Source: Podarcis liolepis (lineage: Eukaryota). From it: a stretch of 64,000 nt of DNA. The stretch is from the NCBI GenBank assembly GCA_965112155.1, contig OZ218099.1; one strand, given 5' to 3'. Made by a program: the position numbers and the translations under genes. Shown here one piece after another: positions 40,367 to 52,475 of this stretch; position 1 is the first letter of the stretch; each line of letters opens with the position of its first letter. Under the pieces are notes generated by a model that was given only the letters and a program-made list of their open reading frames with translations, did not search any database and had not been told where the DNA came from.

Positions 40367-40619
40367 CAGGGGTCAACAAACTTTTTCAGCAGGGGGCCGG
40401 TCCACTGTCCCTCAGACCTTGTGGGGGGCCAGATTATATTTTGAAAAAAATAATAATGAACAAATTACTATGCCCCACAAATAATACAGAGATGCATTTT
40501 AAATAAAAGGACACATTCTACTAATATAAAAACACGCTGATTCCCAGACCATCCACGGGCCAGATTTAGAAGGTGATTGGGCCAGATTCAGCCCCCGGGC
40601 CTTAGTTTGCCTACCTATG
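40367..40619 (+). mobile_element. hAT-like MITE family C, copy 2
   Basis: CAGGGGTCAACAAACTTTTTCAGCAGG...GTTTGCCTACCTATG; partial TSD gtcta. Confidence 0.85.
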
Positions 40620-41633
40620 GTCTACACACTGAAAACATATAAGGTTTATATGCTAATCACAGCATTCTAGCACAAAAACTCCACAACCCCCAATTTTAAG
40701 TCTGAAGTTGGCAGTGTAGAAACTGTACTCAGTTTTGCTGTTATCTGAAATTTGCCTGGATTTTGACATTTCATTTCATTTCATTTTCATTATTTACTTT
40801 AATTATCTATTTTGTTTGTTTGTACCTTTTTAATGCAATTGTCCAAAGGAAAAGCAGGACATTCCAGGATTAAATCAGAAACTGGGATGGCATCTGTAAA
40901 TAGGGACACTTGGAGGGTCTGAGCTATAGCTGGGAGCTAAAGCAGCTCTTTAGTACGGGACAACCCTTTTAATGTTGGAACTTCCCCCCCCCTCACCCCA
41001 CAGTCCACCTCCATGTTGCCACAACTTTTTCTTTCTTTCCTAGAAATATCTGTAAATACCTGTCTTGGTAAGATTCTCCTGAGACAAAGCAGCAAGTTGT
41101 CGGCTTTTCCAAAATATCCTTATCCATTGTTTGTGTTTTGTTTTTTCTTTGCGTAGCCCCAAGCATCTATTATTTAACACGCCGTCCTTGCTTCATTGAA
41201 AAGCACACTACATCAGCATACAAATGCTAACTTACCTGGGTTCATTACATCCTGCAGCTTAGCATATTTGTGTTTGTTTGCAAAATCCAGTATTTGAAAG
41301 CCACGTAGTCGTATATGCATTAGGAACCGTAGATCTCGCATTTGACATCTACAAAATCTCTGGCCATTATAAACCAGTTAGGTTACCGCAACGCTCTTCA
41401 AGTCAGCTCGGCTTGCATGTTTCGTCCAAAATGCCACTCGCTTTGAGGAATGTTCTTTGTTTTTACTTGTACTTGTTCTGCCTTCTTTGGCTGGATATGT
41501 TATGGTTACCAGATTTTTTTTAATGAATCCGGGGACACTTTTTTTTTTAAACTGAGTAGCAACAGGGAGTCAGTAGTAGGGATGGTGAAGCAAAGAACCC
41601 TGGGCCCAAGCACACATGCATATTGTATAAAGG

Positions 41634-41955
41634 TGCAAAGCCCTTCTTTCACACCCTGTGAAACATAAATGTGCAGAGTTTTTTAAAAAACTGGGCAACG
41701 GCGCAGCGCCCGCCGTGACTCCTGAGCCTTCCCCAAACTCCTGCCCCCTTCTCCCTTTGTTTTGACAGATCGGGGGGGGGGCTCAGGAGTTGCAGACGGG
41801 TGGCTGTTGCTGAGGAGGGGTGCAAGGCATGCGGTTTCTCTGCCAGGTAAGCTGCAAAGCCCTTCTTTTGCACCCTGTGAAACATAAATGCGCATAGTTT
41901 TTTTTTAAAAAAACTAGGCAACAGCCGCCCACCCGCGACTCCTGAGTCTCCCCCA
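41634..41955. repeat. Diverged ~100-bp direct repeat at 219-bp spacing, with an embedded inverted segment
   Basis: tgcaaagcccttcttt..accctgtgaaacataaatg occurs at 41634 and 41853; ctttgttttgacaga is inverted against tctgtcaaaacaaagg just downstream. Confidence 0.75.
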
Positions 41956-41995
41956 GTCTGTCAAAACAAAGGAGGCAGGGGACAGGAGATCTGTA

Positions 41996-42385
41996 CCACC
42001 AGACGTCCCCGGTTTCCTGTTGGCAGTGGCAGCAGCCGCGGCAGTCAGCAGCCTGGAGCCAGCCTGGTAGCGCAGTTGGCTCTGGCTGGCTTCAGGAACT
42101 TCTTGCTGCCGTGGCGCCCGCCATTTTGCCTCACCAGAAGTCCCCATATGATGTGTTTTGGACACAAGACACATGGGGACTTCCGGAGAGGAAAAATGGC
42201 AGGCGCCACGGCAGCGAGCAGCTCCTGAAGCCAGCCAGAGCCAACTGAAGTACCAGGCTGGCTCCGGGCTGCTGAGGCTGCCACTGCCATGTTTCCCGGG
42301 GACAGATTTGCAAATCTGGGGACATTCTGGGGACGGAATTTGTCCGGGGACAGATTTGCAAATCGGGGGACGTCTGGTAACCCTA
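41996..42385. mobile_element. hAT Blackjack-like MITE with a large internal palindrome
   Basis: Ends accagacgtcccc / ggggacgtctggtaaccct, sharing terminal sequence with 30312-30444. Confidence 0.7.
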
Positions 42386-44409
42386 GGATATGTAGGATTG
42401 TTTCTCTCAATAATTCCCTTTCTCGGCAATTGAATAGTTCTAACCAGAATGTTGGATTTGTCCTGCGATGATGTTTACTTCAAAGCTATGCAACAGAGCA
42501 TTGAAGTGAAAAGAAAGTGGCAGGCTTCCAGCCAACTTCCATTTCCCTGGGATTCTTGCTAGATTAGGCGGACCTTGTCTGATCCACCCAGTAAGACACT
42601 TGTTAATGCAAGAACGCATATGCAGAATCAGTTAACACAGGTTGGCAATGGCTTGAACTATGAAGAGGTTCTGAGTGTGCATTTTTCCTTTGTAAATTTA
42701 AATTGGTGGACCACAGGGATTCTAAAGGCCAGGGAAGACTGATGTCAGGCCAGTCCTGATTTAGAGTACATGTTTCAGAAAATCGTTTTCTTCTTCCTTT
42801 GTCTCACCCTGACTTGAGAAATGTAAAAGATTTTAAGGATGGTGGGAATGGCTGCAAAACCAGGAGTTGCGTAATTTGATGCTTTTAGGCCTACACAGTC
42901 TTTTAATGTGGAAAAAAAAACCCCCAAAGTGTTCCAGAATGACTTGCAGCTGCAGAACATGTCAGGGAATAAAAACCACCTTCATTAAATGGGTGAGAAA
43001 GAATTATAATTGTTTTGAAGTCTTTATGATCAGCCTGCATATGTTTCATTGTAATACGATACTAAAGTGCCTCAATTACGATTTGTATATTTTGGTGCCA
43101 GAAGGTTTTTTTCCCCTTATGCTAAATTACTAAGTTCTGTCAGCTGTTGGGCTGTCATACAGAGATACAGTAAATCACATTATATTTTGTCATGGATTAC
43201 ACAGAGAAATATATTTGGAAATAGAGATCAAAGTACTTTTACAATCACATTTGAGTATAGGAAGGATGTTTAACTTGTATAAAATCTGATTTAGGTGAAA
43301 CTGTTGCCATTCTGGTGTGAATTTGAAATAAATTGGAGTGTGTGTGTGAGTGAGTGAGTGATTGAACTGGAGTGTCTTTGTGTGTGTAATATATATGAAT
43401 GGAAGACAAATCCTGAAAACTGTTTTCTTTTTGATATTTAGTCTGGAGAAGTTAATTCTGACCTACAGCTGCAAACTGAGTACAGATAAACAATGAAATA
43501 CTGAAAAACTAGAGTCTCCAAAAAGTCTTATTTATGTTTTTAATTGCATTCATGATTGAGCAATACATTCCATTCTACTTTTAATTGGGATTTTGCTGGA
43601 CTTGCATATGATTAGTCATTGGTTTGGTAATGCTTTCTGGCTTTGTGAAGTTGCACTATTTTTCTTTTTTGAAGCTTTTGTTCTATTTAAAACTATTTAA
43701 AGTAATCCAGTGTAATCTTACTAAGGAACATTGATTACTTCATATCGTGGATTTTGGCTGTACTTCAGAAAACAGCAGGAGATTTTGCATGACTTATCAA
43801 AGGCATTTATTAAATTATTAGAGCACACACACACCCTTTTGTTAACATTTATATTTCATAAAGTCTTTCCCACAAAACTCAGCACTATTTTTTTGCACTA
43901 ATCACACTGATTTCTTCTTAACCATTAGCATCTTTGCAGTTTGGTTTGCAATTAATTCACAGTTTCAACTTCAAAAGAAGCTCTTCCGTAGGCTTCTACA
44001 AAATGGTTTGCCTTTATTCATTTCCTTGTTACTTCTCCCCTGTCTCAGAATGAACCTATGTCTGGGTGCATGCAGAACATCAGCAGTTTGGAGACTGAGC
44101 AGATTGGCTCAAATAGGGGTAGGGAATACACCATTGGTCCAGTATGCCAAAACCTCTCCATACACATACCTGTGGGCCAAGTTTGACAGATGGGTGAGGC
44201 TGCCCTATCATCACCTTCCATCACAATGGCATCACATGATCCACTAGTGAAAAGGGTGAGCAGTGCTTCCTGAGCACTGACCATCAGCTGATTGTCATCA
44301 TGGGGGAAGACCTGTCCTTCCCATATCCAGGATAGCATTAAAATTTGGGAGTTTTGCTCTTGACTTTGATAGCAACAGGACTTACATATTTGCAAGAGTA
44401 TTTCTAAAC

Positions 44410-44800
44410 TGCCGATTCATAAAATGCCAGGGCGGGGTGAAATACCATTAAAAAATAAAAATAAGGTGACCGGCTAGTCAAAAATAAAGAGCTGCAAAGG
44501 CCTGCTGGCATGAAAAGGTCTTCAAGAGACAGTTGAAAGTCAAAGCAAGGATGCCTGCCAAATCTCTGCTAGAAGAGTATTCCGCAGAATGGGGCTGGCA
44601 GTACTAAATGCCTGAGGCCAGCTAGGCCTCTGTAACACGCGGGACAATTAAAACCTCACCTCTGAATGATCTCAGTGATGTAAGGACTCGGGCAGTCCTT
44701 AAGGGCTCAAGTTTTTCAGGACTTTGTACAAGAAGAACCTTGAACCTGCCCTGGCAGTGTATGAGCGGCCAGGGCAGATGTTTTAGTAGAGTAGTTACAT
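44410..44800 (-). mobile_element. Old L2 3' remnant
   Basis: Diverged similarity to the reverse-strand L2 at 46408-47154. Confidence 0.45.
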
Positions 44801-46382
44801 GCTATCTTTTGAGACCATGTCTTATCTCTGATCCTTTTTAGGATATATGGTAGAATTAGCCATTCTTGGAGTAATTTTCTTGACATGAGTCAAAACTATT
44901 CAGTGCTCCCCCCCCCTTTTTCGTATAGGAGACTTCTGTAAGGAAGTTTTTTAATTATTATTTTTAGAATATGGACCCATTTACATTAGCCCTTTGATGT
45001 GCAGTTCTTTGCTATACATCAGAGAACTGTTGCTTCTTCCCTGGAGCAAGTCTTCCTTCTGTAGTTCCCTCCCTGTCTTTTAAAAGTATGCTTATATTGT
45101 TACTCAGCTAATTAGAGAATATTAACTCATATAGAACGATTGCCTTACAATTGTGCTTTTTAAAATATTGTTAAATTTTATTTCATTGTTTAACTGGCTG
45201 ATGCCTGTTCTTTGAAAAATGCATTGTGGAAAACATACTCAGAATGTGCTTACTGGAATTGAAGGAAGCCATTCACATATAAACTCCATAAGGAAAGAGG
45301 CCAGAGGTATTTGGGGGTGGGGTGGGGGATTAGATCATTTCTGAAAATGTGACCGAGTTATTAATTCTTTATTATTTTACTGAGTGCTACATTTGCTTGT
45401 GAAAAATCATCCCATTTAGAAACTTGATAACTAAACTACAGATCCTGCCTTTTGTATTAGTCTTCAGTCCATTTTTGTGGAGCAATTGAGTCATCACATC
45501 CATGAGAACTTACTGAGGTTCTAGAAAATCAACCTGTTCAACATTAAAAAGTTATGACTTCATGTTTACTTATCCTTAAAATAAGGGTTAAAATGTGAGA
45601 CATGTAATACTAAGTTAAAGTCCCTTACAGGTGTACTAGCAATGCTAGTGGAATGGCTTGCATAAAGAAGATGTAGGAAGCCAGCTTGGTTCTTCTGGCT
45701 AGCTGCACAATATATTATTGCAGGCCTAATACACAACCAGTTGCACAAGCTTCCATTATTTTTGCCCTCTCACTGGCACAGCAGCCCATGCACTGGCGGT
45801 CAGATAGTGTTGAATGCAGACCAAGTAATAGGGACAACTCAGGAACATAGATTTTGGCAACTAGTGGGCAGTATGGGGTTGCCATATTTCAAAAGTAAAA
45901 TTCCTGACACCTGCAGAATTATTGAACTTTTTAAGAAACCCACCAGTTGTTTAGCTTTTGGGGGGAGCAGACCCAAATTTGGGGAAACCTACCCCCCAAA
46001 TAGTGTTTTTGAACTGTTTCCACTGTTTTTCCCCATCACGTTGCCATACATCCGGGTTTTCCCTGACATTTTGCCGAGTCGGCAAAATTCCTCCCAGACA
46101 CCCATTTTTACAGCTAGTACCATCCATGTATAAAATACTTGGTACAATTTACAATGTATAGAATACCACTGAAGCCCAAAAGAGAGGCCTCCACCTCAAA
46201 GAGCTTACGGTCTAGATGTGGGCAATGAAGAAGACAATAAAGGAAGAATGGATAGAGAGGGACAAGGATAACAAGGAAAGGAGGGGGGACACAGACAGAC
46301 AGACAGACATTTAGGTTTTAGATCAGTTGCTGAATCAGTCTGCTAGTGTTCTGGTTGCCACTGATGTGCTCCACTGATGTGG

Positions 46383-46404
46383 TGTCAGGGACTGGGCAGA
46401 GGAG

Positions 46405-46450
<46 letters not shown>

Positions 46451-47320
46451 TTTTATTTATACCCCGCCCTCCCCAGCCAAGGCCGGGCTCAGGGCGGCTA
46501 ACAAGCAATAATAAAAACAAATTAAATGAATACAACTAAAAACAAGATTAAAATACAACATTAAAATATTGAAACATTAAAATATTAAAATGCAGCCTCA
46601 TCACAGGAGAAAGCAAAAAGAAAAAAGAGGGAGGGGGAGGGAATCAAATTGGCTCCAAGCCAAAGGCCAGGCGGAACAACTCTATCTTACAGGCCCTGTG
46701 GAAAGAAATCAGATCCCGCAGGGCCCTGGTCTCATGAGGCAGAGCGTTCCACCAGGCCGGAGCCGGTGTTGAAAAGGCCCTGGCTCTGGTTGAAGCTAAT
46801 CTAACTTCCTTAGGGCCCAGGACCACTAGGGTGTTGCTATTTATGGACGTTGAGGCTCTCCGTGGGGCATGCCGGGAGAGGCGGTCCCGTAGGTACGAGG
46901 GTCCTAGGCCGTGAAGGGCTTTAAAGGTCAAAACCAGCACCTTAAATCTGACCCTGTACTCCACCGGGAGCCAGTGCAGCTGGAAAAGCACTGGGTGAAT
47001 ATGCTCCCATGGCAGAGACCCCGTGAGGAGCCTCGCTGCAGCATTCTGCACTTGCTGGAGTTTCTGGGACAGCTTCAAGGGCAGCCCCGCATAGAGAGAA
47101 TTACACTAGTCAAGCCTGGAGGTGACTGTTGCATGGATCACTGTGGCCAGGTCGGAGACCGCCTCCCCCTTCTGAACCTTCCAGGGAGGAGGAAGAGAAA
47201 CACAATATAGATTTACAACAGGGGTTTGAGGCTCAGAGGCAGATGAAGGGAAAGGTTGGGAAATCATAGGAGAGCCAGAGCAACACCTGGCTGACATGTC
47301 ATTAGAAAGCATTCCAGGGG

Positions 47321-47373
<53 letters not shown>

Positions 47374-47630
47374 CTGGTGAGCCTTGAAAGTAGAAGAGCA
47401 AAGAGCTCAAAGACAGAGGGCACGTAGCACCACCCTTAGAAGTGACGAATGAGGAAGTGGGAGAGACGGGGTGGAGATTCACTAGGGCAAGGCCATTATC
47501 CAAGAGGCTGTGTTCTATAGCCTCTGTCTATAATTACTGAATAATAATTAAAATAGGATGGTAAGAATCCTTCCCTTGTCTTTATACTTTCCTGGGCCAC
47601 CATCCAGGAGCCGCTGACAGCCTCCTAACA
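46383..47630 (+). mobile_element. Solo LTR (Gypsy-like) interrupted by an L2 insertion and a (CA)n(GA)n microsatellite
   Basis: TGTCAGG...CCTAACA termini; perfect 5-bp TSD TGTGG (46378-46382 and 47631-47635); about 500 bp after removing the L2. Confidence 0.75.
46408..47154 (-). mobile_element. Young 5'-truncated L2 LINE
   Basis: ORF 46644-47078 QVQNAAARLLTG...LHWLPVEYRVRFKVLVLTFKALHGLGPSYLRDRL...AFS.PAPAWWNALP; terminal stem-loop and (ATT)n tail. Confidence 0.92.
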
Positions 47631-49519
47631 TGTGGACACTAGATACATACATCTCTATCAAATCAAGTATGAGAGAGGGCTTCATCGGTAGAGACCTTGA
47701 TCTAGTGCTGCCCCCCTGATTCATGGGTATTTTGTCGTCATGTTGACTGCCCTTATTTGGATGTTGGTGAGTGCAGACAAGAGTGGTTTATGGACCAGGT
47801 TGAGAGCTGTTATTCACAAGTGCATCTGGATAAGATTTGCTCTGAAACGTGCTGGGCCAAACAAACCTTTTCCTGTACACCTTAAGGCCTCCATTTTTTC
47901 TTTCAGTGCCTTCTCGGTTGTTTTCCCCCTTGTCATTGTGTATGGACCAGAAATCATTGACTAAAGTGCATTCTGGTGAGTTAAACAAGCCTACCTTATG
48001 GTTTGAAGTGGGCTTGTTTGCTCACTTGAGAGCCTTTTAAACCAAAATCTCTGGTTCATATTTGCCAGGGTTCATCAAAAAATGAAATGAAATGTTTCAG
48101 AAGTTCTTCTGCCAGCCATGGGGAAGGAGGAGAGGTGTGCAAGCATTTCAGCATTATGTGTCGGTCAGCCCAATATTTTCCTTCCCTTGATTTCTCTGCC
48201 TGAGGTTGAATAGTACCAGGACAGGAAGGGAGAACAGTGGTACCTTTTCGTTACTGTGTGAGATGCCTGCTGATATTCTTGTGACATCTTCTAGATTGAT
48301 GTCAGTCCATTACCGCTGCCTTTCTAGATGCTTTGCCAAACTGCTTTCCAAAGCTTCAATGGATTGCAAAGGTGATTCATTTATCAGTGAGTCGCAACTA
48401 GAAATATTTATTAAAGATTTGTTTTAGCAATGGCTTTTATGTTAAATGAGAATTGGGAAACTCAGTTGCTCATGTTTCCTGTTGCTTCAGACATTGTGCT
48501 TGTTTTAAATAACTTATGGCTTCCGTCAATCAATACTTATTGGCCTATTGATAACACTTAGGTAAGGAACAGTGCTTGCCTCTCCTTCAAAACGCATGAG
48601 ATAATAGCATGCCATATGCCCCACAGTAACTGGGCAATACAGGGTGAGCTAAGGACATAATCATAAACACAGAGATTTGATGCCTATGTGGACTTCAGAG
48701 CTATAATACTTTAGAGAGACAGCTGCTCTTGCAAACTATGAGCCATTATGTTTTTGCCAAAACCAAACCCATTTGTCATTTCCGTTCTCCTCGTGGCTGC
48801 TCATCAAGGTATTTAGGAATGAAAACTTTCACTTAGGCAGCAGCCAGCTGCAGAGCTCATTCATTCAGGGAAACCACAACCCAGTGTTTATGATGTCAGA
48901 ACTGATCACAGTATAAGCAATTGTTTGTAGTGTCACAAACACTGGCCCACAGCTCTGCTGAGTGAGTCAGACAAGAGGAAAGGAATGCTTCAAAAGTTCT
49001 CTTTACAAGACAAATATCTGTTAATCATCACTTTTGATCCGCTTAAGGAAGTTTAACATGGTTTTACCAGCAAGTAATGCGTTTTCTGAAGAGTAGAGCT
49101 GGTGTTAAATTGTAGTGTATCTGTTAAGATATTACTGAAAAGAAAGCAGATAATACAGCCTTCATTAGCACAGTATGAAGGCCTTAAAAGATAGCACTGT
49201 ACATCCTTTTGATCTAATTCCAGCTAACTGTTATCATTCAGGCTTTGGCTGAACATGGTACAGCTTACAATATGGATATAATTAGTACAGAATGCTGACA
49301 TATAAACGAACTGCATACCTGTAGCAGCTTTTCATCACTGGTAGAACGACAAGTGCATCAATTACACATCTCCCCACAACACTGGCACCCCTGCTTAAAC
49401 ACTTGCCCCTGTATTTAACTCATGGAACTTGATTTTAAAATGTTCAGACCTTATTGATGTCAATAGAATGTTCTTCCAAGGAAGCATGGGTATTACCAGA
49501 GCCTAATTGGATAAAAATA

Positions 49520-49875
49520 GGGACGCAGGTGGCGCTATGGGTTAAACCACAGAGCCTAGGACTTGCCGATCAGAAGGTCAGCGGTTCGAATCCCCGCAAC
49601 GGGGTGAGCTCCCGTTGCTCGGTCCCTGCTCCTGCCAACCTAGCAGTTCGAAAGCACGTCAAAGTGCAAGTAGATAAATAGGTACCGCTCCTGCGGGAAG
49701 GTAAACACCATTTCCGTGCGCTGCTCTGGTTCGCCAGAAGCAGCTTAGTCATGCTGGCCACATGACCCGGAAGCTGTACGCCGGCTCCCTCGGCCAATAA
49801 AGCAAGATGAGCACCGCAACCCCAGAGTCGGCCACGACTGGACCTAATGGTCAGCGGTCCCTTTACCTTTACCTT
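49520..49875 (+). mobile_element. Sauria SINE, full length, young
   Basis: GGGACGCAGGTGGCGC head, GGTTCGAATCC B box, (ACCTTT)n tail; 13-bp TSD taattggataaaa. Confidence 0.93.
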
Positions 49876-50184
49876 TAATTGGATAAAAGGGAAATCTTTC
49901 AGAAACAAGGTTTAAAATATAAGGGGAATTTGACTCTTTAAAAACAAAAAGTAGGATCGGATAGGATCTAGTTTCACCATGACTTACACAATTTCATTTT
50001 CTCAATTAACAAGTTCAGCCAGATGTAAAATAGCAGTTTCATAAGGCACCATGAAACTGGTCGTAGAGACTATTGGGCTCTGTGGGTCCCTCTAATAAGA
50101 AATGAGTTGGAACACAATGAACACTCCTTGGCTTTCCAGCGGACTTATCTTTCCTTCTCATTCTTGGTTCTGAAATAGCATATA

Positions 50185-50553
50185 AAGGTAAAGGTAAAGG
50201 TACCCCTGCCCGTACGGGCCAGTCGTGTCCGACTCTAGGGTTGCGTGCTCATCTCACTCTAGAGGCCGTGAGCCAGCGCCGTCCGAAGACACTTCCGGGT
50301 CACGTGGCCAGCGTGATGAAGCTGCAGCTGGCGAGCCAGCACCAGCGCAGTACACGGAAACGCCGTTTACCTTCCCGCTATAAAGCAGTACCTATTTATC
50401 TACTTGCACTTAAAAGTGCTTTTGAACTGCTAGGTGGGCAGGAGCTGGGACCGAATGACGGGAGCTCCCCCCGCTGCGGGGATTCGAACCGCCGACCATA
50501 CGATCGGCAAGTCCTAGGCACTGAGGTTTTACCCACAGCGCCACCCGCGTCCC
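50185..50553 (-). mobile_element. Sauria SINE, full length, distinct CpG-rich subfamily
   Basis: Head GGGACGCGGGTGGCGCTGTGGG on minus, (ACCTTT)n tail; 13-bp TSD gaaatagcatata. Confidence 0.92.
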
Positions 50554-50569
50554 GGGAAATAGCATATAC

Positions 50570-50908
50570 CAGGGGTCTGCAACCCACGGCTCTGGAGCCG
50601 CATGTGGCTCTTTTACACCTTTGCCGCGGTACTAGCGAGGGGAGGAGGCGCATTGTGCGCCCCGACACTCCCCACTGTGGCGGGCGCTGTACTGGCTGTG
50701 ACGTCGCATGGGGGCGGTGAGTGCGTTAGTCACGCACCTTCCCAACGTCACCTTCCCGCCTGCTGTCAGATCGGACATTTAGGTAAGAAACAATATATGC
50801 AGTGTTATATTTGTTTTAAATGTCGTAATGGTTTTGCGGCTCCCAGGTTTTTTCCCTTCGGAAACGGGTCCAAGTGGCTCTTTTTGTCTTAAAGGTTGCA
50901 GACCCCTG
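50570..50908. mobile_element. hAT MITE with perfect TIRs and TSD
   Basis: 15-bp TIR CAGGGGTCTGCAACC / GGTTGCAGACCCCTG; perfect 8-bp TSD gcatatac. Confidence 0.92.
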
Positions 50909-52265
50909 GCATATACCGTATGTCAAAACTGTAGTTACCATTTAATGCATAAGTAGTTTTTGGGTTGCATACCAAAAAGCTTTTGGTGTATAGGCCAAAG
51001 TTCTAAAACAGTGCAGAGAATGCACAGAATGCAGAATTGCATCTCTGCTTTCATTAATAAAAAACCAAGTTTCTAGCCCATGTGGTTGCAAAGATATGCT
51101 GAAGAAATTCAGGCAATTCTTGTGGTAAAACGACAACGCTAAAGGGGGAACAAAGTTTTCCAGTAGTCTAGGGTGGAGCTTACCCTGCATAGCTGCTGTC
51201 CCTCCCCATCACTAGTCAAACTAGAATGATTCATGGGGAGATACTGCAAATTTGTTTGCTAGCAGAGTTTGCAGAATTGAATAACTTTGGCAAATTATTT
51301 CATTCAAAATGTACACAATGTTAGTCAGAGTAAGTTGCATACAAACAAAATACTAAAACAGGAGTTTTGTCTTCCATGGCAGGAGGTACACATTCAGCTG
51401 AGTATCACTTCTTTTTGTGAGTTCTACAAAGTTCTAAAACTGCTCTGGGGATTGGGGATTGTTACAGATACTAGCCAATTAGTGCTATACACAGTAGGCT
51501 TCTACTGCACAGTCACAGGACTGGTTTTCTGTTAGCTGGACGCTGCAGAGAATTGCTTGTCTGATCAGAATGCCATGTGTGTAATTCCAGAGTGGCCTCA
51601 TCAGACAAATAATTTTTTCATTTGATGACACCATAGCTTTCCCCTATATAAGAAGGCCCTCAAAATGTACATATTCCTGTTTACACAGTTCTGCCTTTGA
51701 GCGCCCAGGCTTGAGCCTGGGGTATTTATTTACATGCAACAATATATATCATGCCCTCATGGGGCCTGCAAGACAGCTTGTAACACCAATTACAACAATA
51801 TACAATCCATGTTACAATACAGACTAAGGAAAAAAACCAAGCAAAACAACCAACAACCAGAAGCCAGATATAAAAATCATAGAGATGAGGAGAGAAACCA
51901 AACAAAAATAGTTTTAGCAGCACTCAAGAGCTCCCTACCCTTTATCTTTCTAGGCAGCGTACAGAACAGATGCTAGTTTCCACAAATTTGGTGGCAGTGT
52001 TGTGTTGAATGATCATTACTGCCTTTGCATTGTAATGGCATCTGTACTGCCATTCTCTCTGGTCAAACTGGTTTGGGGTGGAGTTTATGTGTGTTTCCCC
52101 CCAGTGTTTTCTCAGTGAATGCTTACTGTCATGGGTAGCAAACTTTACATGAGCATGGATGCTGTGGGTGTCTAGAAGGGCTTGGTGCTGCACCATTCTT
52201 GAAGCTAAACTGCTTGCGGATGGGGTTGGTGATCATTGGGAACACTTAAGAGGGTGATATAAGTG

Positions 52266-52475
52266 CAGTGGTACCTCGGTTTTCGGAAGCCAAACGTTCT
52301 GGTTTTCAAACGCTGAAAACCCAGAAGTAAATGCTTCCGTTTTCGAAGGCACCTTGGAAGTCAAATGGCTTCCACTGCCATTTCTTCCCATTTTCTCCAT
52401 TGACTTCGCAGACCGCCCTTTGCGCCTCAGTTGTCGAACGTTTTGGAAGTCAAATGGTCTTCCGGAGTATCACTG
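52266..52475. mobile_element. pogo/Tigger-like MITE (diverged)
   Basis: CAGTGGTACCTCGGTT...GTATCACTG|TA. Confidence 0.65.

Noticed and set aside
41914-42433. Overlapping ORFs up to 171 aa on both strands
   Set aside because: Produced by a GC-rich palindromic MITE; no protein family signal.
46399-47194. gaggaggaa as a 9-bp TSD of the L2
   Set aside because: About 30 bp of non-L2 sequence lies inside the second copy and reads as continuation of the host LTR, so the repeat is probably intrinsic to the purine-rich LTR.
49520-49600. tRNA gene
   Set aside because: The A/B boxes belong to a SINE head; no complete cloverleaf. The same applies to the other SINE heads.
50241-50720. 159-aa ORF
   Set aside because: Spans a Sauria SINE and a hAT MITE; non-coding GC-rich repeats.
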